Positions 1-10,199 of a stretch of 60,819 bases of DNA are shown here, piece after piece. The notes below the pieces were generated by a model. It worked only from the letters and a program-made list of their open reading frames with translations, was not told the origin of the DNA and ran no database searches. Position 1 is the stretch's first letter; each line of letters starts with the position of its first letter. Origin of the DNA: Saprolegnia diclina VS20 (lineage: Eukaryota); contig NW_008246125.1 of NCBI RefSeq assembly GCF_000281045.1, forward strand, positions 191,451 to 252,269. The letters are read 5' to 3'. Made by a program: the position numbers and the translations under genes.

Positions 1-1747
1 CATCGAGCGCGACGAGGGCGCTGAGCACATCCCAGCCGCCGCGCGTGCAAGTGAGCCAGACCGCGTCGGCCACCTGCGGCGTAAACTGCGTCGTGAGCAT
101 GCGCTCGGCGAGCGCCAAAAGACGGTCGTAGAGCGACCGCGAAAAGCCCACGTCTTGTAATTTGAGCGCGCGCAGCAGATGCGCCACGGCGTTCGACGTG
201 CCGTGCAGCCGGTACAAAAGCACCGTGTCCGCACCGGCAGCCGTCGCGTCGACAGCAGCTGTGAGAGCTGCGAGAAGCGCATCGAGTAGCGCTTGGCGAC
301 GGTATGGAACGGCGACCGCCAAGGACGCGAGGGCGACGCCGGCTTCGACGCGGACGCTGTGCTTCTCGTGCGAGAGCCAATACGCGAGCACTTGCAAAGC
401 TTCGTCCGCAAACACGACAGCCGCTTCACCGAGGCCCATGATTGCGTGGCTCACTTCGACGAGCAGCACGAGTCGCTGGTGGTGCGTCAGCGCCGACATT
501 TGCAGCTGCGAGAGGAGTGCGCGAAGCCAGGACGGCTGCGACCGCTCTTGTGCTGCGTGTGCGAGGCGGCGCAAGGCGTACCCGACAGCGTTGCGCGCGC
601 GGACAAACTCGTTCGTGGACGGGAGCGGCGCGTCCAGCCAGGACAAGAGCGCGTCGAGGATCGCGCCGTAGCTCGTATCGGCGACAAAGTCGTCGGGCAA
701 AAAGTCCGACAAGTTGGCCGCAACGATGGCCGCCGAAGCAAACGACCCGCCGATCGACGACGACGTGCTGAGCAGCAGCGTCTCCTTGATGTACTGCAGC
801 GCGTGAGGTACGCTCGCGAGGCCGCTCGGCGTTTTGGTCTTGCGCGTCAAGACCGTCGAGAGCTTAAAGTTGAGCGACTTGAAGCGGTGCTCTGCGTCGT
901 CTCCCTCGCCTGCCGACGGATTCGGCGTCGACGGCACCGCAGACGACCCCGTGTCCGGCACGTGGCGATCGCCACGCAGCACGTAGAGCGAGAGGAGCTT
1001 GCCAAAGTTGACTGCCATGATGCGGCGCACGTCGGGCGACGGGTCGTCCAGCGCCTTGGAGAGGACGTGGAAGAGATTGTCGAGCGCGGCGCCGGACGGT
1101 TCGTTCATGTCGGTCGCGTCAATGAGCACAAAGAGCATCTCGCCAGACAGGTGGCGCACTTCCGGGCACTTGTCCGTCGTTGCCTTGGCGAGGAGCTTCG
1201 TGACTTCAGCGTGGTACGGGACGGCGTGGAAGCCAAACTGCCGAAGCATGGACGCCAGCGCTGCGAGGAGCGTGTGCCGGACGTAGAGGTCGGCATGGCG
1301 AATGTGCTTGGTCGTGAGCGAGAGGAGCTCGGGAAGGAGCGCGCCGGCAGCTGCGAGTTGCATATACTCGAGCTGCGCCATCGCCCGCAGGATCGTGAGC
1401 TTGGCGTACAGCGGCGCTGTCTTGCTGAGCACTACGTCCATGCAGTCGTTGGTCGCGCTCACATCGTAGGCAAGCACGAGAATATCGCAGATGACTTGGA
1501 CGATGCCATCAGCTCCTATCGCCTTGGAGTGGTAAGCTTGTACGCTCATGAGGAGGCAGCGGAGCAGGTTCGTGGCGGCCACCTCCTTCTTGGAGCCTGG
1601 CTCGGCGAGGATCTTGGTTACGGCCGTCTTGAGCGCACAGAGCGCCCGCAGGAGGTTGCGCTGGCTCTCGCTTTCCACGCTGATCTGCTCGGCCGCGTCG
1701 AGCACGAGAGCCCCAAGCTGGTCCAGCTGCTCCTTCACGCGGCTCAT
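1..1747 (-). CDS. N-terminal part of a large HEAT/ARM-repeat protein (possibly HEATR5/SWEETIE-like); runs off the window edge
   Basis: Minus-strand frame from ATG 1747 (MSRVKEQLDQLGALVLDAAEQ...LLPELLSLTTKHIRHADLYVRHTLLAAL) is Leu/Ala-rich and helical. It is probably missing from the ORF track because it has no stop inside the window. Confidence 0.6.
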   Translation of the reverse strand, partial: MSRVKEQLDQLGALVLDAAEQISVESESQRNLLRALCALKTAVTKILAEPGSKKEVAATNLLRCLLMSVQAYHSKAIGADGIVQVICDILVLAYDVSATNDCMDVVLSKTAPLYAKLTILRAMAQLEYMQLAAAGALLPELLSLTTKHIRHADLYVRHTLLAALASMLRQFGFHAVPYHAEVTKLLAKATTDKCPEVRHLSGEMLFVLIDATDMNEPSGAALDNLFHVLSKALDDPSPDVRRIMAVNFGKLLSLYVLRGDRHVPDTGSSAVPSTPNPSAGEGDDAEHRFKSLNFKLSTVLTRKTKTPSGLASVPHALQYIKETLLLSTSSSIGGSFASAAIVAANLSDFLPDDFVADTSYGAILDALLSWLDAPLPSTNEFVRARNAVGYALRRLAHAAQERSQPSWLRALLSQLQMSALTHHQRLVLLVEVSHAIMGLGEAAVVFADEALQVLAYWLSHEKHSVRVEAGVALASLAVAVPYRRQALLDALLAALTAAVDATAAGADTVLLYRLHGTSNAVAHLLRALKLQDVGFSRSLYDRLLALAERMLTTQFTPQVADAVWLTCTRGGWDVLSALVALD

Positions 1748-1893
1748 GACGGATGATGTTGGCAAGTGACGTGGAACCCGCCCGTTGGTCCAATCGGCAT
1801 TCTATTACTGATCTTGCTATAGAAACATCAAGCTATTTAAATCCCAACGTCGAAACACATCACGGGCGGGTTTATTCCTCATCTTGACGCAGC

Positions 1894-2764
1894 ATGAGTC
1901 GGTGGGACGACCTCAAGCGCGAGGCCCGCGTCGTCGAGCGCGCCCTCGACGAGAAAGTCAACGCCTACGCATCCACCGCCCGCTCCATGAGCCGCTCGAG
2001 CCGTCCGTTTGACGAAGGTACCTGCGTCGTCGCATCATGCGCCGCTCATGCATCGTGCCATGTGCAGAGAACCCGCCCCAGGCTGCCGACCAGAACGAGT
2101 TTGAGCTCGGGCTTGAGATCGAGCAGTTCCTGTCCTCGTTGGCCGACATCATTGACCGCATGGCCGCGACGTGTAATGGCTCGATGGCCCAGGAGGCCGT
2201 CCTGCAGCGGTATCGAGAGCTGCACTTTGACTTTGGCCAGCAGTTCAAGCGCTCCGCCGTACGTGCGTTTGCTCTCAACGTCTTCGTATCATTTCCGTGC
2301 ACTAGAGCGTCATCCATGAAAAGTCCGATGCGCAAAAGCTCTTCCAACGCAAGTAGGTCCGCGGTTGCCGGTGCATCTCGCTCCAACGTGTTTCTGCAGG
2401 GAACAGAACCCATCCGTGGACCCCGAAGCTGAGGCCTTGCTGCGCGAACGAGGCATGCTGGACGCATCCCGCACGATAGCCAACGACTCGATCAAGTATG
2501 ACCAAAGCGGGTCGTTCGTCACAGACGTCTTATGCCATGGGCTGTAGCATCGCCATGGCGGTCAAGGAGAACCTCCTGAGTCAGCGCGCGCAACTCGACG
2601 GATCGCGCGGCAAGGTCACAACGGTTGGGTCGTCCACGGCAGGAATCAACGTGCTCGTCGACCAGATTCGGCGCAAGAAGATGCGCAACAACATCCTCGT
2701 CGCCATCACGATCGCGGGCTGCATCTGCTTTACGCTCTGGTGGGCCATTCTCAGTCGACTGTAG
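1894..2764 (+). CDS. GOSR1: Golgi SNAP receptor complex member 1 (Gos1/GS28 Qb-SNARE), multi-exon
   Basis: N-terminus MSRWDDLKREARVVERALDEK, then LQRYRE..DF, LLRER, and a C-terminal SNARE helix followed by RRKKMRNNILVAITIAGCICFTLWW transmembrane anchor; short GT-AG introns. Confidence 0.9.
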
Positions 2765-2791
2765 TCGCAGCGTTACTGACTTTCGACTGAA

Positions 2792-4355
2792 CTACAAAAA
2801 CTGCCGCGTGACCTTGGGCGCCGCAAAGCGCGAGCTCATTTCGCTCGCTTGACGAATGAGGTCGTTCGCCGTGTCGCGCGACAGGTTGCGGCGATTGTTG
2901 ATGTCGCGCTCGCTAAATAGTATGTTCTTGAGTTAACGCAGTAGTATGAGAGTCGTACCGATCCCACTTGGCCGGCGCCTCCCCACCCGCATGAGCTGTT
3001 GCGGCGGCGATTTTTTCTTGGTGGGCCTCGAGAAGCGATTTGCCCAGTCGCGGTTGCGGCGCAATGAACGTCTCTTCCTCTTCCTTCTCCTTGGCGCTTG
3101 ATGCAGGGCGCACGGTTGCCCCGCCAGGCACGTACCCCAAGAGGTCCCTACAACGCAACTTGCATGGGATGACGCGTGGTAGGGCCAAAGTACATTTGGC
3201 TCTTTTCGCGAATGGCTCGCTGGCGCTCTTCAGGTGACGCAAACCACGAGTCGTCGCGCTCGTCCTTCTCGCGACTACAACGTAGTTGAGCGTTCTCCAC
3301 ATGCGCTGGACAAGGACGAGCGACCTGCGAAACTTGCGGCCCGTGAGGTCGCCAAGGCCACCGAGAGCTTCCTTGATCGAAGGGTCGTTGGGCAGCGAGA
3401 GCATCCACTCTTCGCGCTCAAGCACCGGCTTGGTCGTCGGCGCGTCTGTTGCGATGCCTCGGACGCGGTTCCATTGCTCTTTCTCGAGGGCTCCGGCGCG
3501 GCGCTGCATCTCTGCCTCGACCTCGGCACTTGCTTCGCGGAAACCGGCCATGCCTGGCAAGACAGGCCCCACGCAAATGCCATCGTCGTCGTCGTCGTCA
3601 TAGGCGGCAGGTGGCGGCGGTAGTGCTATATCATGACCCGTGAATCTAGAGCAATCCAGGCAATAGGGAAGTGTACTTGGAGGGCGCTGGGGGCCAATGG
3701 GCATCGGGCGCTTCGCGTCCTCGACAGGCGCCTCGATTTTCTGCACCAACAAGTTGCCTCCAAGCTTAAGTGTCGTAATAGTACCGTTTCCATGGAGCGC
3801 GTCAAGATCGAGCCAAAACGGTCGCGCAGGTTGGTGCGCTTAGCGACCTTGTGCTTGGAGTACGCGCCACCGGGACCCGACTAGACGTAACTTGCAGCGC
3901 CCATCAAGTAGCGATGTGATATACCTCAGCCAGACCCATGAGCGGAAAGAGTCGCTCCAACTTGGAGCGAATGTCGGTGTTCTAGACGACGTTCAGGCGC
4001 TGTGCTACAAGCGAATCATCGCACCTCAATACCGCCGATGACGACGGCCTCGCCCGAATCGACCATCTTGAGGATTCCAAGCAAATCACTCGCGAGCGCT
4101 GGGTGCTCTTCGCAAAGCGCTACCATGAACGCGGCTGCTGCCTAGACAACACGTGTGACAACATGCCATCGTCTTGGCGGGATGACCTCCATGTTCATGC
4201 GACCTAGCGCGTCGTCGGAGCTCGTCTTGTACTTCTTTGACGACTATAGAGCGCATGATCGGATGAAGCCAGCGCCACGCATGTACCTTCTCTTTCCTGT
4301 CGTCCTTCTTGTGCTTGCGCTTCTTCTCATGCTTCTTGTCCTTCCCGCTGCCCAT
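2792..4355 (-). CDS. GPALPP1: GPALPP motif-containing / DUF3752 protein, multi-exon
   Basis: Lys-rich N-terminus (MGSGKDKKHEKKRKH); PIGPQRPP and VGPVLPG motifs; REEWMLSLP; GKSLLEAHQEK; WDRERD...SSRFA...QFL stop. Confidence 0.75.
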
Positions 4356-4412
4356 CGGTCTCGTTGCCGTTGGCGAGAACCGGATACTACTGCAGATTAT
4401 ACGGATGACCTG

Positions 4413-4471
4413 TAAGAGCTTATTTCACACGGCATTTCACACACACATAGAAGTGAGAGCTTATTTCACAC
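4413..4471. repeat. 16-bp direct repeat AGAGCTTATTTCACAC (4415-4430, 4456-4471), probable DNA-transposon TIR relic
   Basis: Exact duplicate in intergenic DNA; shares TAAGAGCTTAT with the palindrome at 9138. Confidence 0.6.
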
Positions 4472-5143
4472 TGGCGAAAATCTCGTCGATTTTGTTGAGC
4501 CACTTTGGGTTGGCTACTGGCGCATTCTTGCCGCTTCGACCGTGTCCCTACGACCGCGTGCGCGAGCTGTGTGCGTGGTAAACGCAACGCAGCTACTCCT
4601 TATATCGCGCTGACTTGGAGCGATGTGGCGTTTCTGGGCCTCTTGGTCAAATGAATTTAACGCGTGTGAAATACGAATACATGGTACCGGTATCTTTGCA
4701 TTGCACATGATGGGCGGGTTTTCTTCAACGAATGGCGATCACTTCCGTCCCGAGTGCTCCGTGGGATCCGTCCGTCGGGCAGGCTCCTCCTCGTGGCGCA
4801 GGGAGTCGGCGAAGGAAGCTCGTGCGAGGGGCTGGTCGAAAGACTGCGTTCCAGTGCTGCATTGTTGATCCATGATCGTCCCCTGATGCCAATCACGCGG
4901 AAAAGATTCGAATTTCGGCCAACCGAAACGCGTTGTTTGCCGTCCAACATAAAAATCAACGTTCCTTGCCTGTTCGGCGCTGGGATTTTAAAACGTGAAA
5001 AACGCTGCGGTTGTGCATTTTAGCCAATCGTGGCTCGTGTCAATGGATTTATGGCCAATGAAAAAGAAGGGCGAATCTCGGGCGATCCAAAATTAAAAAA
5101 GCAGCACGAAGTCAGTTGCAAAGTAGCGCTGCGCAAGACCGAC

Positions 5144-8080
5144 ATGGCGACGACGACCGCCGAGACGACCGCCGACTTCAATGACCTGACCGAGGTGATC
5201 GACAGCCTTGAGTCGCCGACGCACGCTAACCACGAGCGCGACCACGCTGAAGCGGATCATCATGGCCACGACGGTGCGGACCACGACGACAATGACGTGG
5301 AACACGCGGACGACGAAGCGGCGAACGCTGGTGCCCTTGACGAGAGTTACGACGAGCACGAGCATGACGTTGAAGTCACCACAGAAGAGGGCGAGAACCT
5401 GGCGAACGGAAGCGTCGACTATGCTGAGGAGCACTCGGAGCACCCCGATGATTTGACAGACGACCACGTCGACGAGCATGTCGAGGAGTGTGAGGCCGAG
5501 CCTAGCCACGACGAAGCGATTGAAGAGCCTGTACATCACGTGGAAGAGCCTGTGAAGGCGCCAGTGAGCGAAGTGCATGTGCTGCCCCCTGCAGCGCCCA
5601 CATCCATCCCAAAGACAGCAACCAAGGCTGTCGCCAAAACGTCGCCGTCGCGTCTCCGCAAGCCCATGGCCAAGTCGCCCGTTGAAAAGCCAGCGACTAA
5701 GCTGGTGAAGGCTGCGCCGAAAGAGAAGCTTACGGCGAAACCCGCGAAGACGGTCCAACCGCGCTTGTCGCTGCAGTCTCGCCAGAGCATCGGGACCAAG
5801 ACGACCGAAGAAATCAAGCCGCGGTCGATGCTGCTGCGCCTCCCGCGCGCTGCTTATGACGCGCTCTTTGCACAGTGCCCGCTGGCGTCGCTCAAGCAGA
5901 TGGCCGGCGTCAACGTCGAGATGTACAACGCAGTGCACAGCCAGCACGGGTACTGGATCAAGGAAAGCGCGGACGTTCCAGCGTATGTCCCGACGCTGCT
6001 CGGTGGTGCCGACGCCAAGACTGCGGCCAAGTGGTCCGAAGTCAAGGCTCATCTCCAAGCGCTGGACATCGCCCAGACTGTCAAGCTCGAGGACCTCCGC
6101 GTGCTGCGCAACTACCGGACCGCGCCACCCGGGGTGCTTCTTCTCTCCAAGGCCATCGTGCAGCTCATGCGCTTTGCTCCGCCTCGCGCGGGCATGGACG
6201 ACAAAGCCGCCAACGGCGACTGGAGCGCCATCAAGACGGTGTTTCTCGACTTGAAACTCATTGTGCGCACGCTCCGGATCGCCGCGGACCGTGTTGCAAA
6301 CCGGCATCCACTGCCGTTCACAGCCAAGAAGATGGACGATCTCCTTGCGATTTCCCACAGTCCCGAGATGGACGAGGCCAAGTTCAAGCGCACCTGCAGT
6401 GGCCTTTTGCCGACGCTCGACGCGACGCGCCGCATCCTTGCGTGCCTCAACGTACTCGCCCGCGAGATCGAGCTCACGGCCTTTGCTAAGCACCAGCTGC
6501 AGCACGCCGAAGCCGAAGATGTTGCGGCGGCCGCCGTCGAAGCCATCATCGCCAAGCTCGAGGCTGCACCCCAACCCGCACCCGAGAAGAGCCCGAGCCC
6601 GAGCCCCACGGCGACGGAGCTCAAGGCCAAGGCCCGAGCTAAGCCGGTGTCGACAATTCCCCGCGTCGCTGCCAAGGCCAAGACGCCGCCGAGCGTCGAC
6701 ACGTCTGTCAAGCCTGCTGTCGCCAAGTCACTCACGCCCAAGACCGCCCCAGTTCGGGGTACGAAACATTTTGAACTCGAAATACAGTGGTTTACACGAG
6801 CTTGTAGCGGCCGTGAAGCGTCCGTCGACGGGCCCATCGGGGATTGCCGCGCCCAAGGGTATGTCGTCTCTTGTGTGCATCGTAGCTGAAACGTCCTCAA
6901 GGGCGCTCGAGCGACGACGCCAGCAGCACGAGCTCGTCCAACGGCGGTACCCAAGGTCCGTGTCTCGAGAGTGATGAGCAATCGCTAACTGACACGCAAT
7001 AGTCAAGCGCCTGAGCGACGCCAAGCCGATGGTCAAGCCCGCGTCGCGCGTGTCCAAGCCAATTACAAAGCCGACGACAACGACATCGTCGCGCGTCAAG
7101 GCGGCGCCCATCGCGGCACCGACGCTCAAGCGCACGCTATCGGCATCGGGCGACTCGATGGCGACGCTTCGCGCCGACCTTGTTGCGTCGAGCGAAGAGC
7201 TCTTGAAGTCGACAACGGACCTCAAGGAGAAGATGGCGCAGGTCGCGGCGCTCGAGGCTTCGTTGGCAACAGTTGAAGGCGCGCTGGCAGACGCCGAGAA
7301 TGACGTCACGGCGCTCAACGCCGAGCTCGAGCAAAAGTCCAAGGACCTTGAGGCCCGACAGGCCACGGTGCTCGAGATGCAATGCATTCAAGAGACACTC
7401 TCATTCCGCGTGACGGAGATGACGCAGCGCGACAGCGAGCAGGCCACGACGATTGCACAGCTCGAGACGGAGAAGAAGTACCTCCAGGCGCAGCTGCAGG
7501 ACGCCCTCGCGCGCGTTGAGGCGGCCGAGGCCGACGTTGAAGAAAAGCACGCGCTCGTCGAAGAGAAGGAGACCGAGCACCAAAAGTGGGAACAGGCGGT
7601 GCGTGACCAGCTCGCCCACGAAGCGCAGATGGAAAAGTACGACCTGCAGAAGGAGCTGGCGGAGCTCCAGGCAGCGATGACGAGTCTCCGCGGCGAACAC
7701 GAGCTCGAGCTTGCGGGTGCGTCAGTGTGTTCCAGCTCCAAGGTCCTGACATACGCGGTGTGTAGGCAAGCAGGCGCGCATTGACCAGGCCGAGGCCGAG
7801 AAGAAGACGTTTGCGGACGAGTTGGCCTCGAGCGAGCGGTAGCCTCGTCCCTTCTTGCCGTGACTCATATGTATGTAGTCGTGCGAGCATGATCCACGAG
7901 GAGCGCCAGCAGCTCACGGTGAGCCTCCAGGCGGCGCAGGCCGAAGCTTTGCGCCTGCAAGCGACGATTGCCGAGCAGGAAGCGGAACTGGCCAAGGAGA
8001 AGAAGCGTGCGGCGGCGGCCGATTCGGCGTACAACGAGTCGCTCAAGATGCGCTCGGAAGACGTGGCGACGCTCGACTAA
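5144..8080 (+). CDS. Acidic N-terminus, basic Pro/Lys linker, dynein-stalk MTBD-like domain and long coiled coil; multi-exon
   Basis: ORFs 5030-6889, 7029-7784 and 7781-8080 joined by short introns. D/E/H-rich start, then LEDLRVLRNYRTAPPGVLLLSKAIVQLM...DWSAIKTVF...SPEMDEAKFKRTC, then a heptad-rich C-terminus. Confidence 0.75.
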
Positions 8081-8111
8081 TATAAGACACACGATAATAA
8101 CACGATTAGCG

Positions 8112-9006
8112 CTAGACGCGCACGACCCACGCCTTCTTGAGCCGGTCCATCGTGCGGGTCGAAAAGAGCTCGAAGGAGGTCGAGAGCACGGTGGCCTGGC
8201 ACCGCATCGCGCCGCAGGGCTCCTTGATGTACACGTACACCTAGCATGGAAGGTGAGCGTCACCAAGCCCAGCGAGCGTGGCGAACGCGAAAGTAAAACG
8301 GAAAAGTCTGCGCTGGGCCAGCGCGCGTGGCCTTGCGCTTCTTGCGCAAGAGCGGCTGCACCTTCCAGACGTCGGGCAAAAACATCCACGTCGTCGTGAC
8401 GAGCCCCGTCGGCAGCGTTACGCGCTTGGTCTACCTCAAGGTGAGCCACGCATCGAGGCTGCGTGTGCGTACCTCGACCTCTGTGGCCTCAAAGCACTCA
8501 GCCTGGAAGAGCTCAAAGCCCGCGCCGTTGGGTGGTGAGAACGCGGGTGGTAGCGCGCCCTGTCGTCCGGGTGAGATCTGCTCGAAGCGGCCGAGGACGT
8601 GCAGTGGCACGGCAGTGTACGGCGCAGAGAGGGTGCAGTGAACGGGTGTTCGACAGACGCCAACGGACGCGTGCTTCTTGTTGTGCATCTTCATCTCATA
8701 AAAGTCGTGGTACTCGGGGCAAAAGGGGAAGCACTGGAGGTTTTTCCGCCCGTTCTTCCAGTAGCGTTCGAGAAAGGAGGTTGCGAGGCGCAGGTCCCAT
8801 GACGGCGGCGGCGGCGGGAAGATGAGGTCCAGGTTGTAGTAGAAAGCTGCGTCCGCGTCGTCCTTGGCTTCCAGCGCGATAGGCTCGATCTTGGTGTGAT
8901 CGAGCACCGAGCACGACGACGCGAACTGCGGCACTTCGTCGCCCTCGATGTCGCTCTCGACAGCCGCGAGCGCCGCCATGAGCAAAGCTGCCTCCTCGTC
9001 GTTCAT
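8112..9006 (-). CDS. Uncharacterised protein with RYWKNGRKNLQCFPFCPE motif (candidate DNA-binding domain), 3 exons
   Basis: MNDEEAALL start; after splicing reads ...WMFLPDVWKVQPLLRKKRKATR...FYFRVYVY...STSFELFSTRTMDRLKK. Confidence 0.7.
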
Positions 9007-9128
9007 AGCGAATCCCAAAATCGGGCAGGATGCTTGCCCACGCCGTCTCCGCCCTTGTCCCAACCCGAACGGTGTGCGATCCACGAGCGCCGCGTCGCAT
9101 GTGACGCCCGATGGACTATCAACTGCTT

Positions 9129-9174
9129 TCTGAAGCCAAGGGTGTATAAGAGCTTATATACCCTTCCTGAAGCC
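9129..9174. mobile_element. 28-bp palindromic micro-element flanked by a 9-bp near-perfect direct repeat
   Basis: TCTGAAGCC | AAGGGTGTATAAG-AG-CTTATATACCCTT | CCTGAAGCC; arms match 12/13, flanks match 8/9. Confidence 0.6.
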
Positions 9175-9675
9175 TATCGCTGGCGATGATGTGACTCGTC
9201 ATCGACGGAGGAACGAACCCACGGCGGCCCAAGTGTACCAGAGCTGTAGTTAGACGCTATGCTACCGATCTAGTTCGCAGCCGAAAAGGGTTGTTCAGAT
9301 GTCGAGTTGCCTCCGCGAACCGCAGTTGGTTGCCGCTTCTACTGTGTCGTCCACTGCTCTATTATCCGATGCAATTCACGCCGACGTTGCTGTCGTACGA
9401 CGATCGAATCGCTCGCTGCTCCAGACTTCAACCGGGTGGTGGGTTGAAGTGCACGCCACCGCTGCCACTCGGTTTTCATCCACCTCTTCTCGTCGCCTCG
9501 ACTTGTGCACATGAAATCGCTCGGGCGGTGCTGCACTGTCAGAGCTGTCATGGTCAACTTGTCCGGATATCACCGCCCTGCGACATGTCTACTTGGGACG
9601 TCCGGATACAGGTCGCGAACTTTCTATGGCACGGCTCCCGAAGGATCTTCCGTCGTCGTCAATTCGGATTTCGCC

Positions 9676-10054
9676 ATGTCTGGCCACCACCCCACGTACA
9701 CGATGGCTGCCCTCCTGGTAGGATACACCTGCAAGCGCGTCGGCTGAGGAGGCTCATGACGAGTACTAGGGCATTGGCGGCGTCATGGGCTACGTCAAGA
9801 AGCGCTCGATCGTCTCGCTCGTCGCGGGCGTCAGCATTGGTGCCGGCTTTGGCGTGGCGGGCTACATGATGCAACACGATCAGATCGCCAACGGCCACGC
9901 CGTCGCACTCACGCTCAGCGCGCTCACGATGACGGCCATGGGCTTCCGCGCGGTCAAGACGGGTGGCAAGGTCCCGATCGTTGTCGCGTCGCTGTGCGCC
10001 CTCTCGAGCGCGTACCACGCGCAGCGCTTCAGCGAGTGGGCCGGCCAAGAGTAA
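9676..10054 (+). CDS. TMEM14: TMEM14 family small membrane protein, 2 exons
   Basis: MSGHHPTYTMAALL / GVMGYVKKRSIVSLVAG signature and further hydrophobic helices. Confidence 0.85.
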
Positions 10055-10199
10055 TCCTCCATGCCCAAACATGCTCGTATTAGATCGTAGTCGTAATACA
10101 TAACTCTCTTGTGGCAAAACGTAGTGTACAGACTCGGCTGCCCTTCTCGCAAGAGCGGCTCATGCGCACGTGCTTCCTCTTCGATGATCAGAGCCATGC

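Noticed and set aside
293..1756. Long plus-strand 487-aa ORF and similar antisense ORFs (5093-6574, 18941-19861, 20886-22493)
   Set aside because: Antisense shadows of real genes caused by GC-rich codon usage; no recognisable motifs.
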